Assembly (NCBI GenBank): GCA_965213545.1
Contig: CBDBZL010000002.1
Location: forward strand, 268,855-332,854
Length of the DNA: 64,000 bases
Source: Alteraurantiacibacter sp.
GTDB taxonomy: Bacteria; Pseudomonadota; Alphaproteobacteria; Sphingomonadales; Sphingomonadaceae
Direction: 5' to 3'
Positions 32,692-43,367 of this stretch are shown here, piece after piece (within the stretch, counting starts at the first letter, position 1; the number at the start of each line of letters is the position of its first letter). The translations under genes and the position numbers were made by a program. Under the pieces are notes generated by a model that searched no databases, had not been told where the DNA came from, and saw only the letters and a list, made by a program, of their open reading frames with translations.

Positions 32692-33474
32692 TTGCCCGAG
32701 CTGCCCGAAGCCGAGGCCAATCGCCGCCGGATAGAGGCGATGTGCCTCAACCGCACGATCGAAGACGCTTCGCCGGGCGATAACGTGAAACACCTCGAAT
32801 TGCCCGAAGACAATGAGCGCAAGCGCTTGATCGGGGGACAATTCACGCAGGCTCGCCGGCATGGCAAGATGGTCTTTGCCGGCAGCGCGTCCGGACCGTG
32901 GATCGCGGTCCACCTGGGCATGACCGGCCGCCTCGAGCCACGCGTCGAAGGCGAGGAGCCGCCGCCCGACGCCAAGTTCGTCATCCGCTTCGAGGGCGGT
33001 ACCCGGATGTACTTCCTCAACAAGCGCAAGCTGGGCTGGTTGAGAGTGATCGAGGATCCGGACAGCTTCATCGAAGAGAACAGCTATGGACCCGATGCGC
33101 TAAGCATATCACACGAGCGGTTTTGTAGCCTACTTGCCGCCACGAGAGGCGCGGTCAAGGCGCGGCTGATGGATCAGAAGAAGCTGGCGGGCCTGGGCAA
33201 TCTATGGTCGGACGAGATATGCTTTGCCAGTGGTGTGGCGCCCGCGCGTTGCGGTAGCGACCTTTCGCCAGCGCAATGCGCCAAGGTGTTCACGACCATG
33301 CGCGATGTGCTCGGGCGGCTAATCGAAGTGGCTTCGAACCGTGACCGGCTGCCTGGCGATTGGCTGATCCATCATCGCGAGAAAGGCTCCGGCTGCCCGC
33401 GCTGCAAGGGAACTATCGCCTCGCGCACGATCGGCGGCCGCACGTCATATTTCTGCGACACGCATCAAAAATGA
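32692..33474 (+). CDS. Fpg/Nei family DNA glycosylase
   Basis: N-terminal (M)PELPEAE catalytic motif (TTG start); C-terminal zinc finger CPRCKG...YFCDTHQ. Confidence 0.8.
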   Translation: MPELPEAEANRRRIEAMCLNRTIEDASPGDNVKHLELPEDNERKRLIGGQFTQARRHGKMVFAGSASGPWIAVHLGMTGRLEPRVEGEEPPPDAKFVIRFEGGTRMYFLNKRKLGWLRVIEDPDSFIEENSYGPDALSISHERFCSLLAATRGAVKARLMDQKKLAGLGNLWSDEICFASGVAPARCGSDLSPAQCAKVFTTMRDVLGRLIEVASNRDRLPGDWLIHHREKGSGCPRCKGTIASRTIGGRTSYFCDTHQK

Positions 33475-33508
33475 GCGTCGTTCATTATCGGGCTTTGGGG
33501 CTTGGAAG

Positions 33509-33585
<77 letters not shown>

Positions 33586-33660
33586 TTGGGCAGGCGGCGC
33601 GTCTAGGGCGGGGCTCGTGGCCTGTCAATCCATGCACACGAAGCCCGCTTCAGCCCAGCC

Positions 33661-35091
33661 TCACCCTGCCAGGATCGACCCCGGTGCTTCGATCAGGCGC
33701 TTCAATTCCTGGACGAAGGCGGCGGCGTCATAGCCATCCACCACCCGATGATCGCAGCTGATCGAGATGTTCATCAATTTGCGCTTCTCGAGACGTTCGC
33801 CGCCCATTCCATCGGCAACGAAAGCCGGGCGCTCGATAATGCGATTGGGGCCGATGATGGCCACCTCGGGCCGGTTGATCACCGGCGTAGTAGCGATCCC
33901 CCCCAGAGGCCCGAGCGAGGTAATGGTGAGCGTGGAGCCTGACAATTCTTCTGACCTGGCCTGACCGCTGCGCGCCGCCTCGGCCAGCCGGCCTATCTCG
34001 CGGGCAAGCTGCCACAGGTTTCGCGCATGGGCATCGCGGATCACCGGGACCATCAGCCCCGCATCGGTTTGCGTGGCGATCCCCATATGCACCGCGCCGT
34101 GGCGGGTGACGATGTTCGCTTCCTCGTCATAGCGCGCATTGATCATGGGAAAGCCGGGCAGCGTCCGGCAGATCGCCGCGATCAGCAACGGCAACACGGT
34201 AAGCTTGGGCCGCTTGCCATCGGCGCCGACCCCGCGCGTGCCGTTGAGGTCAGCGCGCAGCCGTTCGAGCGCGGTCACATCGCACTCTTCGACATAGGTG
34301 AAATGCGGGATGTGGCGCTTGGAGGCGGCCATGTTCTCGGCGATGCGGCGCCTCAAGCCGATGACTTTGACGGGCTCGTCCGGCCTGGTCGGCGCGGCAG
34401 TTCCATAGCCCCGGGGCGCGGAGTAGCTCAGGAAGGCGTCGAGGTCGCCGTGACGCACGCGTCCTTCCTCGGCCGGCTTCACCTGCGCCAGATCGACCCC
34501 CAGATCGCGCGCGCGCTGGCGCACTGCAGGGCTGGCCAGCACCTTGCCATGTGCCCGGCCGCCCTCGTCCTGCGACCCGTCTGGGCTGTGCGATGGCTTG
34601 GACGCGGCGGGGCCGGACGTGTAACCGGAGGCATGCGGCGTTTTCAGCTCTGACGCTTCCAGCGCATCCTCGACATCGGAAGGATCGGATGTCTCGACCT
34701 CGATCCGCGTTGCTACCTGATCCGATCGCGGGCCGGGCGCGGACGCGGCTTGCGCTTCACCGTCACCATCAGCTGGTCGATCCACCTCGCTCGCCCGCGA
34801 GGTTCCGCCGTCGCACACCGAACCCGCCGCGTCCCCGGTCTTCGCAGCGCCGCCAGTCTCGATCACCACCAGCGCCGAGCCGATGGCGACGATATCACCC
34901 ACCTCGCCGCCGACCTCGAGCACGGTGCCGGCAACCGGGCTTTCCATTTCCACGGTGGCCTTGTCGGTCATCATGTCGGCCAGGCGCGCATCTTCGGCCA
35001 CCTCGTCGCCCGGTTTCACGTGCCAAGCGACGATCTCGGCCTCGGTGATCCCTTCGCCGATATCGGGCAGGTTGAAGGTGAAGCGTGCCAT
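33661..35091 (-). CDS. bkdB: Dihydrolipoamide acyltransferase (E2) of the branched-chain 2-oxoacid dehydrogenase complex
   Basis: ATG at 35091. Lipoyl domain FNLPDIGEGITEAEIVAWHVKPGD...MTDKATVE; catalytic SCDHRVVDG. Confidence 0.9.
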   Translation of the reverse strand: MARFTFNLPDIGEGITEAEIVAWHVKPGDEVAEDARLADMMTDKATVEMESPVAGTVLEVGGEVGDIVAIGSALVVIETGGAAKTGDAAGSVCDGGTSRASEVDRPADGDGEAQAASAPGPRSDQVATRIEVETSDPSDVEDALEASELKTPHASGYTSGPAASKPSHSPDGSQDEGGRAHGKVLASPAVRQRARDLGVDLAQVKPAEEGRVRHGDLDAFLSYSAPRGYGTAAPTRPDEPVKVIGLRRRIAENMAASKRHIPHFTYVEECDVTALERLRADLNGTRGVGADGKRPKLTVLPLLIAAICRTLPGFPMINARYDEEANIVTRHGAVHMGIATQTDAGLMVPVIRDAHARNLWQLAREIGRLAEAARSGQARSEELSGSTLTITSLGPLGGIATTPVINRPEVAIIGPNRIIERPAFVADGMGGERLEKRKLMNISISCDHRVVDGYDAAAFVQELKRLIEAPGSILAG

Positions 35092-35116
35092 GCGAAGTCC
35101 TTGAAAATGGGCGGCG

Positions 35117-36178
35117 TCAGACCGCCGACGCCAGCCGGTCAACCGCTTCGCCGATGCGGATCGGGCCGGGAAAATAGGCCCATTCCAGACTGTGCGGATA
35201 AGGCGTGTCGAAGCCGGTCACGCGCTCTACTGGCGCCTCCAGATGATAGAAGCAGCGCTCGGTAACCAGCGCCGCCAGCTCGGCGCCAAAGCCCGAAGTG
35301 CGTGTCGCCTCGTGAACAATCAGACATTTGCCGGTCTTTTGCACCGACTTTTCCACAGCCTCGATGTCGACGGGAACGATGGTGCGCAGATCGAGGATCT
35401 CAGCGTCCACGCCCTTCTCGCGGCAGACGCTCTGCGCGACGTGAACCATCGTGCCGTATGCAAGCACGGTCATCGCCTCGCCCTCGCGCACCACCCGCGC
35501 GGTGCCCAACGGTATGGAGTAGTGCCCTTGCGGAACCGCAGCGCCCGGATGACCCTTCCACGGCTTGGCGGGGCGGTCGTAATAGCCGTCGAACGGGCCG
35601 TTATAGATCCGCTTGGGCTCGAAGAAGAGCACCGGATCGTCATCCTCGATCGCGGCGATGAGCAGGCCCTTGGCGTCATAGGGCGTGGAGGGGATAACGG
35701 TCTTGAGGCCGCACACATGGGCAAAGATCGCCTCGGGGCTCTGCGAATGCGTCTGGCCGCCGAAGATACCGCCGCCGAACGGTGAGCGCACGGTCATGGG
35801 CGCGACGAATTCACCCGCCGAGCGGTAACGCAGCCGCGCCGCCTCGCTGATCAGCTGGTCCAGCCCAGGGTAGATATAGTCGGCGAACTGGATTTCGGGA
35901 ACCGGGCGCAGGCCATAGACCCCCATCCCCACCGCCACGCCGATGATGCCGCATTCCGAAATCGGTGTGTCGAACACGCGCGTCTTGCCAAACCGCTCCT
36001 GCAACCCCGCGGTGCAGCGGAAGACACCGCCGAAATAACCAATGTCTTCGCCCAGCAGGATGACCGAAGGATCACGCTCGAGCATGATGCCCAGCGCATC
36101 ATTGATCGCCTCGATCATGCTCAGATCGCGGGTGGACATTTGCTCGTCCGGGCGGACCTCCTGAACGCCGGTCGCCAT
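35117..36178 (-). CDS. bkdA2: Branched-chain 2-oxoacid dehydrogenase E1 beta subunit
   Basis: LLGEDIGYFGGVFRCT, RVFDTPISE, FADYIYP. Confidence 0.92.
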   Translation of the reverse strand: MATGVQEVRPDEQMSTRDLSMIEAINDALGIMLERDPSVILLGEDIGYFGGVFRCTAGLQERFGKTRVFDTPISECGIIGVAVGMGVYGLRPVPEIQFADYIYPGLDQLISEAARLRYRSAGEFVAPMTVRSPFGGGIFGGQTHSQSPEAIFAHVCGLKTVIPSTPYDAKGLLIAAIEDDDPVLFFEPKRIYNGPFDGYYDRPAKPWKGHPGAAVPQGHYSIPLGTARVVREGEAMTVLAYGTMVHVAQSVCREKGVDAEILDLRTIVPVDIEAVEKSVQKTGKCLIVHEATRTSGFGAELAALVTERCFYHLEAPVERVTGFDTPYPHSLEWAYFPGPIRIGEAVDRLASAV

Positions 36179-37497
36179 CAGCCGTGCTCGTCCTGCGCCT
36201 GCTGGGCAGGATCGCCGTCGGGATATTTCACTTGCCGCTCATGCACCGCCTGACGCGCCTGTTCCTGCAGGTGCCAGGGCATCTTCTCGTAGACATCCTC
36301 GAACATGGTGCGGAAAGGCTGATGCAAGCCGTGTCCCAGAATGCCGTTCTTTTCCGCCTGCTTGATGGCCGTCCTTACCTCAGCGTCGAGCTCTGCATCC
36401 ATCGCCTCGTGCGCATCTTTGGACCATTCGTCCAGCGCGATCAGATGCCGCTTCAGCCGGGCGATGGGATCGCCAAGCGGCCATTCCGCATGTTCTTCCG
36501 CGCTGCGATAGACGCCCGGATTGTCCGAGGTGGAATGGCCCTCCGCCCGGTAGGTGAAGAACTCGATCAGGGTCGGCCCATGGTTCAGCCGCGCCCGGTC
36601 TGCCGCCCAGCGCTCCGCCGCATAAACCGCCAGCGCGTCATTGCCATCGACCCGCAGCCCGGCGATGCCATAGCCCACCGCGCGCGCGGCAAAGGTGGTG
36701 CGCTCAGCTCCGGCAAAGCCCGAAAAGCTCGAGATGGCCCACTGGTTGTTGATGACATTGAGAATGCAGGGCGCGTTGTAGACCGCGTTGAAGGTCATTG
36801 CCGAATGGAAATCCCCCTCGGCGGTAGAGCCCTCGCCCACGAAGGCGGCGGCGATCCGGCTATCCTGGGCGATGGCGCTGGCCATGGCAAAACCCGTCGC
36901 CTGCGGAAGCTGGGTGGCCAGATTGCCCGATATGCTGAAGAAATTGTGGCTGCGCGCGGAATACATGATCGGCAGCTGGCGTCCCTTCAATTTGTCCGCC
37001 CGGTTGGAATAGATCTGGTTGATCATCTCGACCAGCGGGTAGCCGCGCGCGATCAGGCAGCCCTGCTGGCGATAGCTGGGAAAGACCATGTCGTCGAATT
37101 CGAGCGCATGGGTGGCCACCACGCTGGTTGCCTCCTCGCCGGTGCACTTCATGTAGAAGCTGGTTTTGCCCTGCCGCTGGGCGCGGTACATCCGGTTGTC
37201 GAAGGCCCGCACCAGCGCCATTTCGCGCAGGAACCGGCGCAACAGGTCGGGTTCGAGCTGGGGGTTCCAAGGTCCGTGCGCCCGATCATCCTCGCCCAGC
37301 ACGCGGACCAGATCGGTCGTCAGTGCGTGGGTTTCGGCAGGGGCGCAATTTTCCTCCGGCCGGGACTGCGCGCCCGCGGTGGGCACCCGCAGGTGCGAGA
37401 AATCGACCTCGTCGCCCGGGCGGAAATTGGGCTCGGGCACATGCAGCGCAAGCCGGGGACGGTTGCGCCGCGCGCCGCCCGCTTCCTCCTCGCCCAT
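36178..37497 (-). CDS. bkdA1: Branched-chain 2-oxoacid dehydrogenase E1 alpha subunit (TPP-dependent)
   Basis: RAFDNRMYRAQRQGKTSFYM, YRQQG, GEGSTAEGDFH, INNQWAIS. ATG at 37497 preferred over 37512. Confidence 0.9.
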   Translation of the reverse strand: MGEEEAGGARRNRPRLALHVPEPNFRPGDEVDFSHLRVPTAGAQSRPEENCAPAETHALTTDLVRVLGEDDRAHGPWNPQLEPDLLRRFLREMALVRAFDNRMYRAQRQGKTSFYMKCTGEEATSVVATHALEFDDMVFPSYRQQGCLIARGYPLVEMINQIYSNRADKLKGRQLPIMYSARSHNFFSISGNLATQLPQATGFAMASAIAQDSRIAAAFVGEGSTAEGDFHSAMTFNAVYNAPCILNVINNQWAISSFSGFAGAERTTFAARAVGYGIAGLRVDGNDALAVYAAERWAADRARLNHGPTLIEFFTYRAEGHSTSDNPGVYRSAEEHAEWPLGDPIARLKRHLIALDEWSKDAHEAMDAELDAEVRTAIKQAEKNGILGHGLHQPFRTMFEDVYEKMPWHLQEQARQAVHERQVKYPDGDPAQQAQDEHG

Positions 37498-37568
37498 CCT
37501 CAACCCTCTCAAACGGCGCCGCGTATGGCTGCCGGAATATTGGTTGCGCCCGAAACGGTCAAGCCGCG

Positions 37569-38552
37569 CTAAACCGCCACTGGCGCGCGCAGCGCGGCTT
37601 GCGGGTGGTAGTCCGTAACCGCGAAATCCTCGATCCTATAGGCAGATATATCGGGCGCATCATGCAGGATGGCAAGTCGCGGCGCACCCGCCGGAATGCG
37701 CCCGAGCTGCTGTTCCACCAGCTCTTCATGGTTGAGATAAAGATGCGTATCACCGCCGAACCACACCAGCTCGCCGGCATCGTAACCGGCTTGCCGGGCG
37801 ATCATCCCGGTCAGCAGCGCGGCCCCGAACAGATTGAACGGCAGGCCCAGCGCGACATCACAACTGCGTTGGTAGAGCAGGCAGTTCAGCCGGCCGCTCG
37901 CATCCGGGGCGTCGGGATTGGGGCCGGGGCCGACATGGAAGTGATAGGTCTTGTGACAGGGCGGAAGCGCCATGCGGTCGAGCTCGGCGACATTCCAGCC
38001 TTCGATGATATGGCGTCGCCCCGCAGGATCGCGCCGCAACCCCTCCACCACGCGCGCCACCTGGTTGATCCCCGGGCCGCGCCGATAGAGCCCGCCGCCG
38101 TCCGGCTCATAGGTCGGCCAGTTAGTCCACTGCCTGCCGTAAACGGGGCCAAGATCGCCCCAGCGCGCGGCAAAGGTCTCATCTGTCACGATGCGCCGCT
38201 CGAACTCGTCCTGGGCGATATTCTCGCCCGTCTCAGTCCGATAGCGCTCCAGTGGCCAGTCGCTCCAGATCGTCACCCGCTGCTCGAGCAGCGGGCGGAT
38301 ATTGGTCTGGCCCGAGAGAAACCACAGCATCTCGCGCGCCGCGGTCTTCCAGTACACCCGCTTGGTGGTGAGCAGCGGAACATGCCCATCGCCAATATCG
38401 AACCTGAGACTGGTGCCGAACAGCGCGCGGGTACCCACGCCCGTGCGCTCGATCCGCTCGTGTCCCTCCTGCCATACTCGTCGCATCAGTTCGAGATATT
38501 GCCATTCCCAATGGCGCTCGGCACGAACGGTAGGCGGGCTTGCAGGGTTCAT
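37569..38552 (-). CDS. thyA: Thymidylate synthase (ThyA, long form with small-domain insertion)
   Basis: DRTGVGT-type block IERTGVGTRALFG, EMLWFLSG, LGPVYGRQW, catalytic LPPCH, DTHLY. Confidence 0.93.
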   Translation of the reverse strand: MNPASPPTVRAERHWEWQYLELMRRVWQEGHERIERTGVGTRALFGTSLRFDIGDGHVPLLTTKRVYWKTAAREMLWFLSGQTNIRPLLEQRVTIWSDWPLERYRTETGENIAQDEFERRIVTDETFAARWGDLGPVYGRQWTNWPTYEPDGGGLYRRGPGINQVARVVEGLRRDPAGRRHIIEGWNVAELDRMALPPCHKTYHFHVGPGPNPDAPDASGRLNCLLYQRSCDVALGLPFNLFGAALLTGMIARQAGYDAGELVWFGGDTHLYLNHEELVEQQLGRIPAGAPRLAILHDAPDISAYRIEDFAVTDYHPQAALRAPVAV

Positions 38553-38659
38553 GAGCGGCCAGCGCTAGCACCGCAGTTGTGCGCTTGCCAGCCTGCACCC
38601 CCGCTCGTATAGCCCCGCCTCTGCCGCCCGCCGAGCGCGTCTCGCGGGCCTGATCCGGT

Positions 38660-38736
38660 CGGGGAGTAGCTCAGCCTGGTAGAGCACTGTCTTCGGGAGG
38701 CAGGGGCCGGAGGTTCGAATCCTCTCTCCCCGACCA
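38660..38736 (+). tRNA. tRNA-Pro (anticodon CGG)
   Basis: cggggagtagctcagcctggtagagcactgtcttCGGgaggcaggggccggaggttcgaatcctctctccccgacca; perfect 7-bp acceptor stem; 77 nt including CCA. Confidence 0.95.
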
Positions 38737-38897
38737 AAATGATCTTTCAGCAGCCATAAGGTCCAAATGTCTAACGCCTTTACGACTGTGTACGTTAAAG
38801 GGCAGCGCTATTGAACTAGGTAGCACCCATGGCGAATGGCACGCATCGTACGAAGTTCGGGGATGTGTGTGCGCGGTTATGATGTAAGCTTGGGCGC

Positions 38898-40550
38898 GTG
38901 ACCCGGAGAAACACCGCCGCGCGCTGGTCGCACTCCAAGCATCGCTGGCTGGCCATCATCGGCGGGATTAGCCTTGTCGTGTGGGGACTGTCGAGTCTTA
39001 CCCATATCGCCATGGTGCTGTCCGGGCCGCAGCAAGCACGGTTCTTGCCGTCCGCCGCCACGGTGTCTCTCCAATCTCCAAGGGGCACGGCCGATCACGC
39101 AGATACTCGGCGAGCGCAACATCGACCGGGCAGTGGCGGTCAAGACCGTGGCGGCCCCGGGGGGCGGGGTGATATGGCAGGTAACCAGCCAACCGATGGC
39201 CCCGCGCCGTTATTTTCAGCCCGGCGATGGCAGCGAGGTGGCCGATGGTGACCGGCGGCAGGCTGTGTTCCTGGCTCGTCACTATCTGGCTACCGACCGG
39301 CCGGTGACATCCGCCATCCTGCAGACCGAGTTCGACGGCGACTAACCCTGGGTCAACCGGCTGCTTCCCGTGTGGAAACTGACGTTCCAGGGCGAAGACG
39401 GGCTTACCGCTTACGTCCACACCGAAGCCTCGAGCCTGGCGGCGGTCAACAACCATACCAAGAACGTGCTGCAGGGAATCTTTCGTGCGCTTCACTCTTG
39501 GGAATGGGTACCCGAGCGGATGGATTGGCTGCGGGTCGTTGTCATGGCGCTGATGGTGGGAAGCCTGCTCGCATTGGCGGTGACCGGGATCGCCATGCTG
39601 GTGGCAATTCGCCGCCGCAAGCGTCTGCCGGGAAGCCGGGGCTGGCGCCGGGTGGCGGGCTATGTGCTGGGATTGCCGCTTATCATGTTCGCCGCATCGG
39701 GCATTTATCATCTGGTGCAATCGGCGCTGGTGCCGCCGGGCAGCCAGCTCAGGATGGGCGCTCCGCTTGCTGTTGCCGATGGCGACTGGCCGGTCGAGCG
39801 GGACTGGACCGCGCTTTCTGGTGGTCGGCAGGTCACTTCGATGGCGTTGGTGGAAGGGGTGATGGCCGTCCGCGCTATTGCCTCGGTCTGGCTCAACCGG
39901 ACGCGCCCGGCGGTGGCGGCGGCGGCGGCGAGCATGATCATGGCCCTGGCGAAGCACGAGGCAAGGACGCCGCCGCAGCGCGCGCGGACGAGCACGGATC
40001 GCACGATAATACCGCAATGATCGCCGATAGCACGTTGCCCACGACAGACGTCGAGATCCGCGAGGCGCGCTTCGCCGGATTATAGCCCGACGGACCCGCG
40101 ATCTATCTCCACGCTGCTACCGGCGAGGTGGCCAACCGGGGTGAACGCGACATCGCGCTCGATATCGCCCGCCGCTTCTCGGGCGCATCCGATGAGGCGG
40201 TAACGGGCATCGAACTGGTCACCCGGTTTGGATCCGAATATGATTTCCGGAACAAGCGGCTCCCGGTCTGGCGGGTGGATTACGGCGCTCCGGTCGATGC
40301 CAGATTCTATGTCGATCCATCGGCCGGCGTGCTGGTCGACCTGGTGGCCGACTGGGAAAAGCCCGAGCGCTTCGTATTCAGCATGGTCCACAAGTGGAAC
40401 TTTTTGTTCCCGGTCGGACGTTTGTTGCTCAACATCGTGGTCGCCGCCATGGTCATCGGGCTCATCGGCTTCATGGCCGTGCTGGGTCTCCGGATGGACC
40501 TGGCGCGCCGGTTGCGCGAACGGCGTCGATCGGCATTGGGGGCGGGTTAA
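38898..40550 (+). pseudogene. Disrupted PepSY-associated TM (PiuB-like iron-regulated membrane) protein gene
   Basis: Coherent protein only if four lesions are bridged. Frame 0 to frame 1 switch near AAGGGG 39080-39085. In-frame TAA at 39343-39345 inside EFDGD*PWVNRLLPVWKLTF, whose paralogous second module reads GSEYDFRNKRLPVWRVDY. Frame 1 to frame 0 switch near AAGGGG 39854-39859. In-frame TAG at 40083-40085 (FAGL*PDGPAIYLHAATGEV). Confidence 0.6.
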
Positions 40551-40591
40551 GCTCGCGAAGCGGTAACGAAGCGGGCTTGCTTGTCAGAAAC

Positions 40592-40963
40592 CTACCAGCG
40601 CTTTCGCCCCGACTTGCTCGAACGCGCCGGCGTCGCCCCCAGACGCGAAGGCCACCAGCGGGCGAACAGGCTGAGGACGAACGGCCAGAACAACGTATAG
40701 GCAATATCGGAAATCATACCGCGCAGCGCCGGCGACCCGAAGAAAAAGTCGAGCGCTTCATTGATCGCCTCGGCTGCCACCACCACCGCGAACGGGCGAA
40801 ACCCGGCCAGCGGCCAGCGCGCGATCAGCGAGGCGGCAAGCAGGATGGCAAGCCCTGCATGCATGTGCAGGACAGGGTCCTCCAGCCCGCTTTCCATGGC
40901 GATCATGTCCAGCGATGCGCGCAGCCAGTCCAATGCGCTCATCAGGTCCGCCGCTAGTGCCAT
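40592..40963 (-). CDS. Hypothetical small membrane protein
   Basis: 123 aa with 3 predicted hydrophobic helices; no family recognised. Confidence 0.35.
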   Translation of the reverse strand: MALAADLMSALDWLRASLDMIAMESGLEDPVLHMHAGLAILLAASLIARWPLAGFRPFAVVVAAEAINEALDFFFGSPALRGMISDIAYTLFWPFVLSLFARWWPSRLGATPARSSKSGRKRW

Positions 40964-41128
40964 AACCCGGCGCGCTTCGCGTCTTGACGGCGCATGTCAA
41001 GGCTCGCCCCCTTGCGGGGGTTGGACGTCTATGGCCGGGGACAGTCCTGTAAACTGCTTGAAATGCACGCACCCAGTGGCCATTGCACCAGCGCTGCCTG
41101 TACGCGCGCTGCCACCCGGACGAAAGCG

Positions 41129-42634
41129 ATGGACCCGAGCCCCCGCGTCGATAATGACGAAAGCGATCGGCTGCACGAGGAGTGCGGCGTATTCGGCATC
41201 ATAGGCGCGGCCGAAGCCGCCGCCGCTGCGGCGCTCGGCCTGCATGCCCTGCAGCATCGCGGGCAGGAAGCGGCGGGTATCACCAGTTTTGATGGTGCCG
41301 AATTCTATACTCGTCGCGGTCTTGGGCATGTGGTGGACAATTTCTCCACCGGAGACTCGATTGCCGAACTGCCCGGCTTCATGGCGTGTGGCCATGTCCG
41401 CTATTCCACCACCGGCGGCGCGGGGCTGCGCAATGTCCAGCCACTTTACGCCGACCTGGCCTTTGGTGGCTTTGCGGTGGCGCATAATGGCAATATCTCG
41501 AACGCGCGCACCTTGCGGCAGGACCTGGTACGCAAGGGCGCGATCTTCCAATCGACCTCGGACACCGAGGTCATCATCCACCTTATCGCCACCAGTCGGT
41601 ATACCGATCTGCTCGACAAGGTGATCGATGCCTTGCGTCTGGTCGAAGGGGCCTATTCGCTCGTCTGCATGACCCCCAAGGGCATGATCGCCTGCCGCGA
41701 TCCGCTCGGCGTGCGGCCGCTGGTAATGGGCCGGCTGGGCGATGCGCATGTGTTCGCCAGCGAGACAGTGGCGCTCGATGTCATCGGCGGCCAGTTTGTC
41801 CGCCAGGTGGAGCCGGGTGAGCTTATCGAGGTGGATTTCGACGGCAAGGTCACCTCGCATCGTCCCTTTGGTGATCACCGCCCGCGGCCATGCATCTTCG
41901 AACATGTCTATTTCAGCCGCCCCGATTCCATCTTCAACCGCCGCTCGGTCTATGAGACCCGCAAGCAGATTGGCGTGGAACTGGCGCGCGAGGCGCCGTG
42001 CGAGGCTGATATCGTGGTTCCGGTGCCCGATTCGGGCGTGCCGGCGGCGATCGGCTATGCCCAGCAGTCGGGGCTGCCGTTCGAGCTCGGGATCATTCGC
42101 TCGCACTATGTCGGGCGCACCTTCATCCAGCCATCGGACGGTGCGCGTCATGCAGGCGTCAGGCGCAAGCACAATGCCAACCGGATGCTGGTCGAAGGCA
42201 GGCGGATCGTGCTGATCGACGATTCCATCGTGCGCGGCACCACCAGCGTGAAGATCATCGAGATGATGCGCGATGCCGGCGCGCGCGAAGTCCATTTCCG
42301 CGTCGCCAGTCCACCGACGGGGCATAGCTGCTATTACGGTGTCGACACGCCCGAGCGCTCCAAGCTGCTTGCCGGGCGGATGGACCTGGCGGCAATGTGC
42401 GCCTTCATCAAGGCCGACAGTCTGGCCTTCGTCTCGATCGACGGGCTCTACCGCGCGGTCGGGCTGGACGGACGTGACCAGGCGCAGCCGCAATATTGCG
42501 ATGCCTGTTTCACCGGCGATTATCCTACCCGCCTCACCGATCTTGCCGCGCGGCAGGGCGATAGCGCACAACTTTCGCTCGCGGTCGAACCTGCCGGCGA
42601 TGAACGCGCTGACCTTGCTAGCAAGGTTGCCTGA
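41129..42634 (+). CDS. purF: Amidophosphoribosyltransferase
   Basis: Ntn catalytic Cys in HEECGVFGI, HRGQEAAGI, DSGVPAA, VLIDDSIVRGTT. Confidence 0.95.
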   Translation: MDPSPRVDNDESDRLHEECGVFGIIGAAEAAAAAALGLHALQHRGQEAAGITSFDGAEFYTRRGLGHVVDNFSTGDSIAELPGFMACGHVRYSTTGGAGLRNVQPLYADLAFGGFAVAHNGNISNARTLRQDLVRKGAIFQSTSDTEVIIHLIATSRYTDLLDKVIDALRLVEGAYSLVCMTPKGMIACRDPLGVRPLVMGRLGDAHVFASETVALDVIGGQFVRQVEPGELIEVDFDGKVTSHRPFGDHRPRPCIFEHVYFSRPDSIFNRRSVYETRKQIGVELAREAPCEADIVVPVPDSGVPAAIGYAQQSGLPFELGIIRSHYVGRTFIQPSDGARHAGVRRKHNANRMLVEGRRIVLIDDSIVRGTTSVKIIEMMRDAGAREVHFRVASPPTGHSCYYGVDTPERSKLLAGRMDLAAMCAFIKADSLAFVSIDGLYRAVGLDGRDQAQPQYCDACFTGDYPTRLTDLAARQGDSAQLSLAVEPAGDERADLASKVA

Positions 42635-42635
42635 A

Positions 42636-43367
42636 ATGACCAACGACACCGCCACCCGCGCGCTGGCCGGGCGCATCGCGCTGGTTACGGGCGCCAGCCG
42701 GGGCATCGGCGCGGCCACCGCCCGCGCGCTTGCAGCCGCCGGCGCGCATGTCGTGCTGGTGGCGCGCACGACGAAGGACCTCGAGACGGTGGAGGATGAG
42801 ATCCACGCCGCGGGCGGCACCTCCACCATCGCTCCGCTCGACCTGGCGCAGCCCGAAGCGATCGCCCGTCTCGCGCATGCCATTGCCGAGCGATGGAACC
42901 GGCTCGACATTCTGGTAATCGCCGCCGCCATGCTGCCCACGCTTACTCCAGTGACCCAGATCGAGGCCAAGCAGTTCAACCAGGCCCTGACGCTCAACGT
43001 GCTGGCGACGCAGGCGCTGCTTTCCGCATTTGATCCGCTGATGAAGCGCAGCGAGGTGGGCGCAAGGCTGATCGGGCTGACCAGTTCGGTCGGCTCGGCT
43101 CCGCGTGCCTTTTGGGGCGCTTATGCCGCATCCAAGGCCGCCTTCGAGACGCTGCTCGAAACCCATGCGCGGGAGATTGAGCGCATCTCCAAGACGCGCG
43201 TGGCGATTATCGATCCCGGCGCCACCCGCACCAAGATGCGCGCCCGCGCCTATCCGGGCGAGGCGCCCGAGACGGTGAAACCCCCCGAGGTGGTCGCCGA
43301 CAGGCTGGTCGCGTTGTTGGCCGAGCATTACGACACGGTTCACCGCGAGCGGGTGGCAGAAAGCTGA
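42636..43367 (+). CDS. SDR family oxidoreductase
   Basis: ALVTGASRGIGAA, catalytic YAASKAA. Confidence 0.8.
   Translation: MTNDTATRALAGRIALVTGASRGIGAATARALAAAGAHVVLVARTTKDLETVEDEIHAAGGTSTIAPLDLAQPEAIARLAHAIAERWNRLDILVIAAAMLPTLTPVTQIEAKQFNQALTLNVLATQALLSAFDPLMKRSEVGARLIGLTSSVGSAPRAFWGAYAASKAAFETLLETHAREIERISKTRVAIIDPGATRTKMRARAYPGEAPETVKPPEVVADRLVALLAEHYDTVHRERVAES

Noticed and set aside
40997-42997. 666-aa minus-strand ORF
   Set aside because: Antisense shadow of purF and the downstream SDR gene; no recognisable motifs.
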